A stretch of DNA of 23,826 bases from assembly GCA_964022095.1 (NCBI GenBank), contig CAXHZO010000026.1, forward strand, positions 1 to 23,826, read 5' to 3'. The notes beneath the pieces were generated by a model that ran no database searches, had not been told where the DNA came from, and worked only from the letters and a program-made list of their open reading frames with translations. This stretch comes from an uncultured Arcobacteraceae bacterium. GTDB lineage: Bacteria > Campylobacterota > Campylobacteria > Campylobacterales > Arcobacteraceae. This document shows, piece by piece, positions 1-9,411 of the stretch. Position numbers and translations under genes: made by a program. Every line of letters starts with the position of its first letter. Position 1 is the first letter of the stretch.

Positions 1-445
1 GTAATGGTTCATGAACTGATTTTCTAGCCATGATTCCAGGAGCTTTTTCTTCAACAAATCTTGTTTCTGCTGCTTCAATTGCACCTTTACCATCAATTGG
101 CTCACCAAGAGCATTTACAACTCTACCAACCATACCGTCACCAACTGGAGTTTCTAAAAGTTTACCAAGTCTCTTACAAGAAGAACCTTCTCTTAAACCT
201 TCACCTTTTCCAAGAACAACGATACCTACAGCTGCTTCCTCTAAGTTTGACGCAAGACCTCTCTCACCATTTTCAAACTCTACTAGCTCACCAGCCATAA
301 CATTTTTAAGTCCGTAAACCTGAGCAATACCATCTGCAAAAGAGATGATCTTACCTGTTTCATTAACATCTACACTTAATTCAAAGTTATCAATTCTTTC
401 TTTAATGATTGAACTGATTTCATCTGCTTGAATTTTTGCACCCAT
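1..445 (-). CDS. atpA: F1 ATP synthase subunit alpha, 5' part (runs off the window edge)
   Basis: Not in the ORF track. Manual translation from ATG at 445 (AAGGAG RBS upstream) gives [23 protein letters not shown]...[15 protein letters not shown]...[15 protein letters not shown], the typical AtpA N-terminus; follows atpH. Confidence 0.97.
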   Translation of the reverse strand, partial: MGAKIQADEISSIIKERIDNFELSVDVNETGKIISFADGIAQVYGLKNVMAGELVEFENGERGLASNLEEAAVGIVVLGKGEGLREGSSCKRLGKLLETPVGDGMVGRVVNALGEPIDGKGAIEAAETRFVEEKAPGIMARKSVHEPL

Positions 446-467
446 TCAATTTTCTCCTTTTTAAGTT

Positions 468-998
468 CTAAACTGCTTTTAAAATATGATCAATCATTTG
501 TGATTTTAATCTCTCTTTTGAGAAAGAGATTTCAACCCCAAGTCCATCAATATCTACTTTAATACCATCATAATCACAAACATTTTGAGATAATGATAAC
601 TTAACATCAAATTTTTTACTAAATTGTTGTTCAATCGAAGTGATGTAATCACCTGATAGTTCATTATTAGTATAAACAACACCAACATAAGTATTATTCA
701 TAGCTGCTAATTGAACTTCTAACTCTTTAGCTATTTCAGGAAGTAGTCCTAATCTTCTTTTTTCACCAAGTAATTTAACAAAGTTTGTAAAAGTATCATC
801 TGATTTTTTTACAAATGATATAACTAATTCAACTTTTTTGCTATCACTTACTTCTGGAGAAGAAATAATAGAGTTAAATTTCTCATCAGCGAATGCTGAA
901 GAAATCACATTTAAATTTTCACTTAATTTATTAATAGCTTTAGTTTCTCTTCCATCAACTAATGCTTTTACATATCTTTTCGCTACTAAATTACTCAT
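468..998 (-). CDS. atpH: ATP synthase subunit delta
   Basis: 176 aa, VAKRYVKAL start and LLGEKRRLGLLPEI motif; lies between atpF and atpA; start overlaps the atpF stop (TAATG). Confidence 0.95.
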   Translation of the reverse strand: MSNLVAKRYVKALVDGRETKAINKLSENLNVISSAFADEKFNSIISSPEVSDSKKVELVISFVKKSDDTFTNFVKLLGEKRRLGLLPEIAKELEVQLAAMNNTYVGVVYTNNELSGDYITSIEQQFSKKFDVKLSLSQNVCDYDGIKVDIDGLGVEISFSKERLKSQMIDHILKAV

Positions 999-1510
999 TA
1001 CGCTACCTTCTTAAGAACAATATTTGCTAACTCATCTTGAGTTAATTTAATATTATCTGATTTCAATAGCTCTTCAAGAACTTCAGCAACAATTTCTCTT
1101 TTTGCTTTTGATGTTTCAACTTTCATTGCTTCATCTAGATTTTTCTCTAAATTTGCAATATCAGAATCAACTCCATCTGCAACTTTTTGCTTGATAGAAT
1201 CAATATCATCTTTAGCACCTTCAACAATCTCAGTTGCAAGTTTCTTTGCTTCTTCTAATTGTTTTTGAGCGTCAGACATCTTATCTTGAGAAGCTTTTAA
1301 AGTATCTTGTACTTTATCAAGTTCCGCTTGAATAGATAATGATCTTTCTGCAAAAAATGCTTTAATTTTATCAGCAAGTAAATACCATAAAATTCCAGCA
1401 AATATTATAAAGTTAACGGTTCTTTGAACAATATCAGTTTCCGCACCTTCACTACTAGCAAATACTGCCACAGGAGCTAATGCTAACCCAAGTAATAAAA
1501 TTTTCTTCAT
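998..1510 (-). CDS. atpF: ATP synthase F0 subunit b
   Basis: Hydrophobic N-terminus, RTVNFIIFAGILWYL membrane anchor, then a long charged coiled coil; operon position. Confidence 0.93.
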   Translation of the reverse strand: MKKILLLGLALAPVAVFASSEGAETDIVQRTVNFIIFAGILWYLLADKIKAFFAERSLSIQAELDKVQDTLKASQDKMSDAQKQLEEAKKLATEIVEGAKDDIDSIKQKVADGVDSDIANLEKNLDEAMKVETSKAKREIVAEVLEELLKSDNIKLTQDELANIVLKKVA

Positions 1511-1520
1511 CCAATTCCCC

Positions 1521-1943
1521 TTAAATCGAGCTAAGCTTAGCTTTTAAGCTCTCATCAAATTGAGGCATTGTAGACACTAAAGACTCTTTTAAAGCTTTAG
1601 TCTCATCTTGTAGATTCTTAGCAAATTCAGAAGATTTTGCTTCTAAATCAGCTTTTGCACTAGCTAGTTTAGCGTCTGCCGTATCTTTTGCTTCCTTATA
1701 AGCTTGTTCCCTAATACCAGCTGCATCTTTTTTAGCGTTAGAAATGATCTCATTTGCTTCAGCTAAGATACCTTCTACATCAGCACCATTTGATTTTGCA
1801 TCTTCTAAATCTTTAGAAATAGATTCTGCTCTATCGTCCATGTGCTTAAGTAAAGGTTTGAATAGACAACTGTTAAGTCTAGCAACAACTAAAAGAAAGA
1901 TGATACCAGAACTAAGTAACAATACAGGACTTATGTCTAACAT
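1521..1943 (-). CDS. atpF': ATP synthase F0 subunit b' (second peripheral stalk subunit)
   Basis: One N-terminal TM, LFKPLLKHMDDR motif, coiled coil; GGAGG RBS at 1949-1953; tandem b'/b arrangement typical of Campylobacterota. Confidence 0.92.
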   Translation of the reverse strand: MLDISPVLLLSSGIIFLLVVARLNSCLFKPLLKHMDDRAESISKDLEDAKSNGADVEGILAEANEIISNAKKDAAGIREQAYKEAKDTADAKLASAKADLEAKSSEFAKNLQDETKALKESLVSTMPQFDESLKAKLSSI

Positions 1944-1989
1944 TCATTCCTCCATATTTTTTACAGTTTAGTTTAACTAAAACTCATAT

Positions 1990-1998
1990 ATTGTACCA
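1990..1998 (-). promoter_or_regulatory. Putative sigma70 extended -10 (TGGTACAAT) for the atp genes
   Basis: TGnTACAAT in the parB-atpF' intergenic region, 46 nt upstream of the atpF' ATG, with AT-rich upstream sequence. Confidence 0.6.
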
Positions 1999-2059
1999 AA
2001 GCAAAATATAAATTTATATTAAAGGAAAAAATTACATTTTAAAATTTTAGGTTTTGTTA

Positions 2060-2914
2060 CTATTGGATATTAAAATAGTGTGAAAGTTTCTCAATATCAT
2101 CTTGAGAGTTGATTTCTATCTTTAGATAATTCTTTTCAGCTTTTACTTTTAAATCATTAGCTTTTAACGATTCTAAGACATTATCTAAGGGTTTGAAATC
2201 AAAATTTGTAGTTTTTATTGTTTTTTTAGGTGTTTTGGAATCTTTTTCTTTTAATTGTTTAACTAAAATTTCAGTTTCTCTAACAGAAAGTTTTTGTCCA
2301 ACTATTGAATCAGCAACCATTTTTTGTTCTGTTTCACTAAGACCTAGCATAACTTTTGCATGTCCTGCACTAATTTTGTTCGTTGCAAGTAATTGTTGTA
2401 CATATGAGTTTAATTGTAACAGTCTTAAAGTGTTTGTAATTGAACTTCTACTTTTGAAAACTTTTTTTGATAACTCTTCATGTGTAATATTGTGTTCATT
2501 GATTAATTGTGCATAACAAAATGCTAATTCAATTATATTTAAGTCATCTCTTTGAATATTTTCAATTAATGCAAGTTCTCTTAATTTTAATTCTTCGATA
2601 TCTAAAATTATTGCACTAATTTCTTCAATATTTGCTAATTTATGAGCTCTTAGTCTTCTCTCACCAGAAACTAAAGTAAAAGAGTCTTCATCATCTTGAA
2701 CTACAGTAACTGGCTGTAAAAGTCCATGTTCTTTTATTGATTCGCTAAGTTGTACTAGCTTATCTTCATCAAAGATTTTTCTTGGCTGATTAGGATTTAC
2801 TTTTATATTATTAACATTGATTTTTTCAATTCCAGATCTGTTATTACTAGTTGAGCTTTCATAAGCACTTTCAACTTCCCCTAATAATTCTCCTAAACCT
2901 CTACCTAATGCCAT
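2060..2914 (-). CDS. parB: Chromosome partitioning protein ParB/Spo0J
   Basis: ALGRGL N-terminus, NPNQPRK, GLLQPV, GERRLRA arginine patch, ENIQRDDL, HTH region; follows parA. Confidence 0.97.
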   Translation of the reverse strand: MALGRGLGELLGEVESAYESSTSNNRSGIEKINVNNIKVNPNQPRKIFDEDKLVQLSESIKEHGLLQPVTVVQDDEDSFTLVSGERRLRAHKLANIEEISAIILDIEELKLRELALIENIQRDDLNIIELAFCYAQLINEHNITHEELSKKVFKSRSSITNTLRLLQLNSYVQQLLATNKISAGHAKVMLGLSETEQKMVADSIVGQKLSVRETEILVKQLKEKDSKTPKKTIKTTNFDFKPLDNVLESLKANDLKVKAEKNYLKIEINSQDDIEKLSHYFNIQ

Positions 2915-2935
2915 TAGTATTTCCTATAATAAAAT

Positions 2936-3712
2936 TTAACCAGCAATTGCTTTTGCTAGATTTGTGTAAGCTTTTGTTCCTGTTGCAGCTGCATCATATA
3001 ACATGATTGGCTTTCCAAAACTAGGACTTTCTGCAAGTTTAATATTTCTTGGTATAACTACATATGAATCTGCATCTACTTTAAATAGTTTTGATTCAAA
3101 ATGCTGTGCAAGATCTGCAAATACTTGCTTTGATAAGTTATTTTGAGAGCTGTACATTGTAGGTAAGAAACCTCTTATGTGTAATGACTTATTAATTGTT
3201 TGTTTAATAAGTTTAATTGTGTTTAATAACTGAGCTAAACCTTCTAATGCAAAGAATTCACATTGAATTGGTATTAATACAGAATTTGAAGCACTTAAAG
3301 TATTAATTGTAATTGGTCCAAGTGCTGGAGGTGAATCTATAATAATATAATCAAAATCTTTTTTTATTGGGTCAATTTTTCTCTTAAGAACTAACTCTCG
3401 CTCTTTAGTATTTTTATAGAATTCTTTTTCAATTCCTACTAATCCAATATTTGATGGAGCTACTTTTAAATTCTCAATTTCTGAGTCTAAAATTATTTCG
3501 TTTAATTCTTTAGTTCCTAGCATTACATGATAAATATTATATTCATATGTATCCCTTTGAAAACCTAAAGAAGTTGTTGCATTTGCTTGAGGATCAGCAT
3601 CAATTAATAATACTTTCTTACCCTCTAGTGCTAATGCTGCACTTAAGTTAACTGCTGTAGTAGTTTTACCTACTCCACCTTTTTGATTAGCTATTGAAAT
3701 TACTTCTGTCAT
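2936..3712 (-). CDS. parA: Chromosome partitioning ATPase ParA/Soj
   Basis: Deviant Walker A NQKGGVGKTTT, DADPQANAT, IIDSPP, IPRNIKLAESPSFG. Confidence 0.97.
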   Translation of the reverse strand: MTEVISIANQKGGVGKTTTAVNLSAALALEGKKVLLIDADPQANATTSLGFQRDTYEYNIYHVMLGTKELNEIILDSEIENLKVAPSNIGLVGIEKEFYKNTKERELVLKRKIDPIKKDFDYIIIDSPPALGPITINTLSASNSVLIPIQCEFFALEGLAQLLNTIKLIKQTINKSLHIRGFLPTMYSSQNNLSKQVFADLAQHFESKLFKVDADSYVVIPRNIKLAESPSFGKPIMLYDAAATGTKAYTNLAKAIAG

Positions 3713-4344
3713 CTTAAACTAAATACCTTTTTATTGTTTACTTGTATAGAGCCATCTTCATTTAACACTGAATTTTTTAATGAGATTTTCTCATTTTCAA
3801 TGGTTGCTTTAAAATTTTGACTGAGAACATATTCTATCTTAAAATCACTAAAAATTTCCTTCCAAGAAATCTTTTTATTTATTTTGGAAAAATAACTTTC
3901 TAAAGTACCATCTACATCTATACTTATATCAAGCTTTCCATATTCATTACTTACATCTAATAAATTTAAACCTATCCCACAATAAATTAAATCTGAACTC
4001 ATTGTAGTGATAGTTCCTCCAATTTTTTTGTCATTTATATAAAAATCATTTGGCCATTTTAGCCATATTTTTGAACCTAAATCTTTTAAGATAGTTTTTA
4101 ATATAAATGAAAAGTATATAGATGAACTTTGAATTTGTAAATCTTTTGGTAAATCATCTTTTCTTAAAACAAAAGAGAAAAAAAGATTTCCTTTTTTTCC
4201 ACTCCAAGAGTTTCCCCTACTTCCAATTCCATTAGTTTGGTAATTAGTTACTACACATAAGGGAGATTCATAAGCATTTGATTTAATATAATCTTTTAAG
4301 TATGTATGTGTTGAATTAACTTCATTTAATCTTATTATTTTCAT
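3709..4344 (-). CDS. birA: Biotin--protein ligase (monofunctional, no HTH)
   Basis: VNSTH, QTNGIGSRGNSW, LKWPND, KKIGG, GIGLN motifs. Start moved from 4359 to the ATG at 4344 because the extra MYNPK codons span a TATAAT box. ATGA overlap with parA. Confidence 0.93.
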   Translation of the reverse strand: MKIIRLNEVNSTHTYLKDYIKSNAYESPLCVVTNYQTNGIGSRGNSWSGKKGNLFFSFVLRKDDLPKDLQIQSSSIYFSFILKTILKDLGSKIWLKWPNDFYINDKKIGGTITTMSSDLIYCGIGLNLLDVSNEYGKLDISIDVDGTLESYFSKINKKISWKEIFSDFKIEYVLSQNFKATIENEKISLKNSVLNEDGSIQVNNKKVFSLR

Positions 4345-4350
4345 TTTTGG

Positions 4351-4356
4351 ATTATA
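4351..4356 (-). promoter_or_regulatory. Putative -10 box (TATAAT) for leaderless birA-parA-parB transcript
   Basis: TATAAT followed by 6 nt (CCAAAA) and then ATG; no Shine-Dalgarno sequence. Confidence 0.6.
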
Positions 4357-4384
4357 CATAATATATTTACAAGATTTTATTAAT

Positions 4385-4390
4385 TATAAT
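4385..4390 (+). promoter_or_regulatory. Putative -10 box (TATAAT) for the AEC transporter gene
   Basis: TATAAT 18 nt upstream of ATG 4409, followed by an AAAGG RBS. Confidence 0.55.
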
Positions 4391-4408
4391 CCTTTTAAAA
4401 AGGTTATC

Positions 4409-5302
4409 ATGCTAGATCCAGTTTTACCAATAGCTATGTATTTACTTCTTGGGTATTTATTTAAAATAATATACCAAGACAACTCTAAGCAATTAATAGA
4501 GTTTATAATCTATTTTTCTCTTCCAGCAATTGTATTTTCAAAAATCTATCCTTTGGTATTAGATGAAAAAATACTTGGGCTAATCTTAATGTTCATGGGA
4601 TTTATCCTATTTAATCTAATACTTGCGTATTTTGTTGGTAAAGCTATGAAGCTTAACCGATTATTACTTGCTACATTTATGATTATGGCAACATTTGGTA
4701 ATACTTCATTTATTGGGTTTTCATACATTGATGCATTTTATGGACAAGACTATATTGTATATGGTTTGATTTATGATTTATTTGGTTCATTTTTACTTTT
4801 AGTTTCTGTTGGTATGTTCATCATTACATGGGGAAGCGGAAGACAAAACAGTATTAAATCAATTTTTAAATCAATTTTTCTATTTCCACCAACAATTATG
4901 TTTTTTATTACTGTTATTGCAAAAAACTTTGAAGTACCAAATTTCTTGATTCTAACAAGTGATACACTTGGCGCTACACTTGTTCCTATTGCAATGATTG
5001 CAATTGGTATGAAACTAGAATTAAAACACATATTTGTAAAGTTTCATATTGTAACTATGGCAATGGTTTTAAAAATGGTAATTGTTCCAATAATAGTTTT
5101 AATAGGATTCCAGATATTTTACGGTATTGATCAAACTTGGGCAAAAGTAACTATTATAGAAGTTGCAATGCCACCTATGACTATGGCTACAGTTTTAGCA
5201 ATAAAAGGTGGGCTTGACGAGAAAGTGGCTATTAACTCACTTGTGTTAGGTGTTTTATTAAGTCTTATTACTATTACAGCTTATGTTAATTATTTAGCTT
5301 AA
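4409..5302 (+). CDS. AEC (auxin efflux carrier)/membrane transport family permease, substrate unknown
   Basis: 297 aa, about 10 hydrophobic segments; family motifs FSLPAIVF, FGNTSFIG, P(IA)MIAIGM, LKMVIVP, EVAMPP. Confidence 0.85.
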   Translation: MLDPVLPIAMYLLLGYLFKIIYQDNSKQLIEFIIYFSLPAIVFSKIYPLVLDEKILGLILMFMGFILFNLILAYFVGKAMKLNRLLLATFMIMATFGNTSFIGFSYIDAFYGQDYIVYGLIYDLFGSFLLLVSVGMFIITWGSGRQNSIKSIFKSIFLFPPTIMFFITVIAKNFEVPNFLILTSDTLGATLVPIAMIAIGMKLELKHIFVKFHIVTMAMVLKMVIVPIIVLIGFQIFYGIDQTWAKVTIIEVAMPPMTMATVLAIKGGLDEKVAINSLVLGVLLSLITITAYVNYLA

Positions 5303-5316
5303 TTAACATAGTTGTA

Positions 5317-6237
5317 TTAGTTTAATTCACTTCCAACTTCTAATCTTTGCCCTCTAATATAATCAGTTGATTTTATTGCTTTTTTTGATGGTGCTTGAAT
5401 AGTAGAAATTTTTAAAGAGCCTTTTTTACAAGCTACAATTATATAATCATTTCCAATTTCTAAAATCTCACCTTGGCTATTTAAAGAGTTGGTTTCTACT
5501 AATTCAATATCTTTTAATTTAAGCCCTGATTGCAAAAATACACCTGGCCAAAAAGAGTATGCTTTATATTTTGAATACAATTTTTTTGCATCACTTAAAT
5601 CAACTAAGCCATCATCTTTTTTTATTTTTTTACAAAAGCTAACTTCATTCTCATTTTGTTTTAAAGGATTTATATTTTCATAATTATCTAAAGTGGTAAT
5701 TGTCAAATCTGCTGCAATTGTAGATAATTTATCAAAGGCTTCAACAACTTCCATTGTTGGAGTAATTTTTAAATACTGTAAACCTAAAATATCTCCACTA
5801 TCTAGTCCTTCTTCCATTAACATTGAAGTAACTCCAGTGTATTTATCATCATTTAATAATGATTCTTGAATTGGACTTGCACCTCGATATTTTGGTAATA
5901 GTGACGCATGAAGATTGATACAAGGAGCAATATCTAAAATCTCTTTTGGAAGTATCTGCCCATAAGCAGCTACTATGATAAAATCAGGTTTTAAAGCTAT
6001 AATATCTTTTGTGATTTGCTCATTTCCCCTTAGTTTTTCAGGTTGAAAAATAGGAATTTCAATATTTTGCTCAATACAGTATTGCTTAATATGAGGAGGA
6101 GTTAAAAGTTGTTTTCTTCCAACTTTTTTATCAGGCTGTGTAAATAATCCTATTAACTCATAATCACTTTCAACTAATTTTTTAAATATAGTTGTTGCAT
6201 AATCAGGGGTACCCATAAATAGAATTCTTTTAGCCAT
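5317..6237 (-). CDS. fmt: Methionyl-tRNA formyltransferase
   Basis: ILFMGTPDYA, TQPDK, VAAYGQIL, INLHASLLPKYRGASPI, GLDSGDI. Confidence 0.98.
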   Translation of the reverse strand: MAKRILFMGTPDYATTIFKKLVESDYELIGLFTQPDKKVGRKQLLTPPHIKQYCIEQNIEIPIFQPEKLRGNEQITKDIIALKPDFIIVAAYGQILPKEILDIAPCINLHASLLPKYRGASPIQESLLNDDKYTGVTSMLMEEGLDSGDILGLQYLKITPTMEVVEAFDKLSTIAADLTITTLDNYENINPLKQNENEVSFCKKIKKDDGLVDLSDAKKLYSKYKAYSFWPGVFLQSGLKLKDIELVETNSLNSQGEILEIGNDYIIVACKKGSLKISTIQAPSKKAIKSTDYIRGQRLEVGSELN

Positions 6238-6252
6238 ATTTTATTTTCTCTC

Positions 6253-7023
6253 TTATTTTTTTGGTTTAAATATTGTTCCGTTGTTATGTTTTCCATCGCA
6301 TAAAAATTCGTATGCATTTGATAAATCAAATCCTGATGACAGATACATTGGTATATCTTTTTTCATTAAAAAATCTGCTGCTTTTAATTTAGTTACAATT
6401 CCACCTGTTGCAAACTCAGAATTAGCTGTATGCTTCATCTCTAACTCTTCAGGTTTAACTTCATACACTTCACTTAAAAGCTGAGCATCTTCATGCTCTC
6501 TTGGGTTTTTATCATAATATCCATCAATATCAGTTAATATTGCTAACATATCTGCTTTGAAATGATATGCAACATGTGCAGCTAATTGGTCATTATCCCC
6601 AAATAATAGCTCATAATTTGCAATTACATCATTTTCATTTACTATAGGTAAAACTTTGTTTTCTAATAAAATTTCAACTACTTCTTGAGCATTTGATGTT
6701 CTTCTTCTAGAATCAAAATCATCTGCTATTAATAATATTTGAGCACATGTAATATCATGTTCTTTAAACATTTTTTTATAGTTCTTTAATAAAAGAGGTT
6801 GCCCTACTGCAGCTAATGCTTGCTTATTAGATAAAACTGTTTTGTCTAGTTTTAAGGAAGTAAATCCAGCACCAACAGCACCTGAACTTACCAATATAAC
6901 TTCTAAATCTTTTTCATTTTTTAATTTAGCAATTAAATTTACTAAATTTTGCATTCTATCAATTGCTAATTTGCCATCTTGTGTTAAAACAGCTGTTCCT
7001 ACTTTTATAACTAAACGTTTCAT
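6253..7023 (-). CDS. proB: Glutamate 5-kinase (no PUA domain)
   Basis: [38 protein letters not shown]; 256 aa. Confidence 0.97.
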   Translation of the reverse strand: MKRLVIKVGTAVLTQDGKLAIDRMQNLVNLIAKLKNEKDLEVILVSSGAVGAGFTSLKLDKTVLSNKQALAAVGQPLLLKNYKKMFKEHDITCAQILLIADDFDSRRRTSNAQEVVEILLENKVLPIVNENDVIANYELLFGDNDQLAAHVAYHFKADMLAILTDIDGYYDKNPREHEDAQLLSEVYEVKPEELEMKHTANSEFATGGIVTKLKAADFLMKKDIPMYLSSGFDLSNAYEFLCDGKHNNGTIFKPKK

Positions 7024-8111
7024 TTACCCTGTTCCAATAGATTATATAAAGCAAAACCTAATGGTTTTATATTTATTTTTGTTATTGATGAAATTGGTAA
7101 TACAAAATATGGTTTTGTATTGTCAAATCTATTAAATGTTAAATCTTGAACATAATATGGGAACTCTTTTTCAAAAGCAAACTCATTTGATGTAGTTACT
7201 TCTAATCCAATATCTGAAATAAACTGCTTTACATCACCTTCTAAATCTTCACCATAATATCCATCAACCTTACTTAATACAATTGCAAAATTTCTAGTTG
7301 ATAATTCACCTGAGAATTTTTTAACTTCTTCTTTTAAAACATTATATTGATCAATCATTGTTCTATAATTTGCAACATCAATAACAAATAATAAAGTTTT
7401 AGTTCTTTCAATATGTTTTAAAAACTCTAAACCTAATCCTCTACCTTCACTAGCCCCATCAATAATTCCTGGAATATCTGCCATTACAAATGAATTATAA
7501 TCACCAACATTTACAACTCCAAGTTTTGGAGTTAATGTTGTAAATTCATAATTTGCAACTTCTGGACTTGCATTAGATGTAGATGAAATTAGTGTTGATT
7601 TTCCAACATTTGGGTAACCAACTAATCCTACATCTGCAATTAGTTTTAATTCTAATCTAATATTTTTTGTATGACCTGGAAGTCCTGGTTGAAAATATGT
7701 TGGTCTTTGATTTCTTGAGTTCTTAAAGTGAACATTTCCAAGTCCACCTTTTCCACCTTCTAAAATTTTAACTTTTTCACCAACTTCAATTAAGTCTAAT
7801 AATACTTCATTTGTATCATCATCAATAACTTGAGTTCCTGGAGGTACAACTAATACTAAAGGTGCAGCTGATTTACCAGTCATGTTTGAACCCATACCCT
7901 GATTACCATTTTCTGCTTTAAATACTTTTCTACCTTTATAGTTTGATAATGTATCTGTGTTTGTATCTACTAAAAAGTAAACATCTCCACCTTTTCCACC
8001 ATCTCCTCCGTCAGGTCCACCTTTAACAACAAATTTTTCTCTTCTAAATGAGGCACACCCTTGGCCACCTTTTCCTGATGACACTGAAAACCTAGCGCTG
8101 TCTATAAACAT
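7020..8111 (-). CDS. obgE: GTPase Obg/CgtA
   Basis: Gly-rich Obg domain ([18 protein letters not shown]), [19 protein letters not shown]. Confidence 0.98.
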   Translation of the reverse strand: MFIDSARFSVSSGKGGQGCASFRREKFVVKGGPDGGDGGKGGDVYFLVDTNTDTLSNYKGRKVFKAENGNQGMGSNMTGKSAAPLVLVVPPGTQVIDDDTNEVLLDLIEVGEKVKILEGGKGGLGNVHFKNSRNQRPTYFQPGLPGHTKNIRLELKLIADVGLVGYPNVGKSTLISSTSNASPEVANYEFTTLTPKLGVVNVGDYNSFVMADIPGIIDGASEGRGLGLEFLKHIERTKTLLFVIDVANYRTMIDQYNVLKEEVKKFSGELSTRNFAIVLSKVDGYYGEDLEGDVKQFISDIGLEVTTSNEFAFEKEFPYYVQDLTFNRFDNTKPYFVLPISSITKINIKPLGFALYNLLEQGK

Positions 8112-8175
8112 TTTGTGTTCCTTTTATAAATAATTAAAAATCAACATTATTAACTTTTAATTAGCTATATTTTAA

Positions 8176-8213
8176 ATAAAAAAAGGGTGTAGGCAAATGC
8201 CATACACCCTTTT
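8176..8213 (-). terminator. Intrinsic terminator after rplU-rpmA
   Basis: Minus strand AAAAGGGTGTA-TGGCATTTGCC-TACACCCTTTTTTT: GC-rich stem followed by a U7 tract, 21 nt after the rpmA stop. Confidence 0.85.
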
Positions 8214-8234
8214 AGAAATCAAATAAAGTCAGAA

Positions 8235-8492
8235 TTACGAAGCTGCGTAAACTGATACTTTTTTTCTTTGTTTGTCTTTAATCTCAAATTTAACTACACC
8301 GTCAATTAAAGAGTAGATTGTATGATCTTTACCAATACCAACGTTAGCACCACAGTGAACTTTAGTTCCTCTTTGTCTAACAATGATGTTTCCAGCTCTT
8401 ACAACTTCACCACCATATTTCTTTACACCAAGTCTTTTTCCAGCTGAATCTCTATTATTTTGAGTAGATCCTTGACCTTTCTTATGAGCCAT
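8235..8492 (-). CDS. rpmA: 50S ribosomal protein L27
   Basis: [16 protein letters not shown]...RLGVKKYGG...IIVRQRGT. Confidence 0.99.
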   Translation of the reverse strand: MAHKKGQGSTQNNRDSAGKRLGVKKYGGEVVRAGNIIVRQRGTKVHCGANVGIGKDHTIYSLIDGVVKFEIKDKQRKKVSVYAAS

Positions 8493-8518
8493 AGTTTATC
8501 TCCTTTTTAATTTTTAGC

Positions 8519-8836
8519 TTATGCAGCTATTTTAGTAATTCTAATTTTAGTGAAGCTTTTTCTGAAACCTCTTTTTAACTTAGAATCTTTTCTTCTTCTT
8601 TTTTTGTAAATGATAACTTTTCTATCTCTATTTACACCCGTACCGTCTAAAACTACTTCAGCTTCAACTTTTGCTGCAGAAACAGCTTCACCAGTTTTTA
8701 ATTCACCATCGTTTAAAGCTAAAACGTCAGTGATTTCTAAAGTTTCTTTAGCAGTTTTACCAGTATAATCAATATCTAAGATATCACCTTCAGACACTTT
8801 ATACTGTTTACCACCACACTTGATAATTGCGTACAT
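8519..8836 (-). CDS. rplU: 50S ribosomal protein L21
   Basis: [14 protein letters not shown]...[11 protein letters not shown]...GFR; adjacent to rpmA. Confidence 0.99.
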   Translation of the reverse strand: MYAIIKCGGKQYKVSEGDILDIDYTGKTAKETLEITDVLALNDGELKTGEAVSAAKVEAEVVLDGTGVNRDRKVIIYKKRRRKDSKLKRGFRKSFTKIRITKIAA

Positions 8837-8910
8837 TTTCTTTCCTCTATTTCAATTCTTAATACTCTAGGTTCATAATTAACTATGTAAACTCTAATTT
8901 TCGAACCGGA

Positions 8911-8916
8911 ATAGTA
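8911..8916 (-). promoter_or_regulatory. Putative -10 box (TACTAT) for rplU-rpmA
   Basis: TTTAAAC-N10-TACTAT followed by GC-rich TCCGG, 74 nt upstream of the rplU ATG. Confidence 0.5.
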
Positions 8917-8951
8917 TCTTAAATTAGTTTAAACTTTCTTTAAGTCACTTA

Positions 8952-9335
8952 TTAATGGTAATCATTTGCTAATGCAATTGCATCAATCATAATTAAAGCA
9001 TCTTTTGGTAATCCCTTTGCAGAAATTGTTGAACGAGCTGGTTTATGCTCACCAAATGCTTCAGCGAATAATACATTAACTATACCAAAATCCTCAATAT
9101 TTTCTAAATAAACAGAAACTTTAACAACATTTTCCATTCCACTTTCTGCATCTTCAAGTAATGTCCTTAAGTTTGATAAGACTTGTCTAGTTTGCACTTT
9201 TATATCTTTTTCTACCATTGTACCATCTAATGTAACTGGAACTTGTGCAGAAGTATAAATTACACCATGTACTTTAACTGCAGGTGAGTAAGGTCCAATT
9301 GCTTGTGGTAAGTTATCACTCTCTATAAATTTCAT
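8952..9335 (-). CDS. Rid/YjgF/YER057c/UK114 family protein (RidA-like, atypical active site)
   Basis: AIGPYS, TSAQ, VVKVSVYL, PARST, LPKDAL motifs; 127 aa. Confidence 0.9.
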   Translation of the reverse strand: MKFIESDNLPQAIGPYSPAVKVHGVIYTSAQVPVTLDGTMVEKDIKVQTRQVLSNLRTLLEDAESGMENVVKVSVYLENIEDFGIVNVLFAEAFGEHKPARSTISAKGLPKDALIMIDAIALANDYH

Positions 9336-9365
9336 TATTTACCCTTAATTTTAGAAGTTTTTTGC

Positions 9366-9371
9366 ATTCTA
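9366..9371 (-). promoter_or_regulatory. Putative -10 box (TAGAAT) for the Rid gene
   Basis: TTTTTGTAGAAT 30 nt upstream of the ATG, AAGGG RBS downstream; centred in an imperfect inverted repeat at 9352-9385. Confidence 0.45.
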
Positions 9372-9411
9372 CAAAAAGTTTTCTACTAAGAAAATAAAAA
9401 TAAAAAATTAA

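Noticed and set aside
30-317. + strand ORFs 30-317 and 61-300
   Set aside because: Antisense shadows of atpA, which occupies 1-445 on the minus strand.
998-1943. Two b-type subunits with no atpB/atpE upstream
   Set aside because: Normal split atp organisation in Campylobacterota, not a novelty.
1944-3712. parS site near parAB
   Set aside because: No TGTTTCACGTGAAACA-like palindrome seen by eye; only isolated TGTTTCAC half-matches inside coding sequence.
1744-7135. Short ORFs 1744-1971, 2193-2516, 4546-4728, 4771-5031, 5489-5683, 6281-6484, 6842-7135
   Set aside because: All lie antisense to well-supported genes and have no recognisable motifs.
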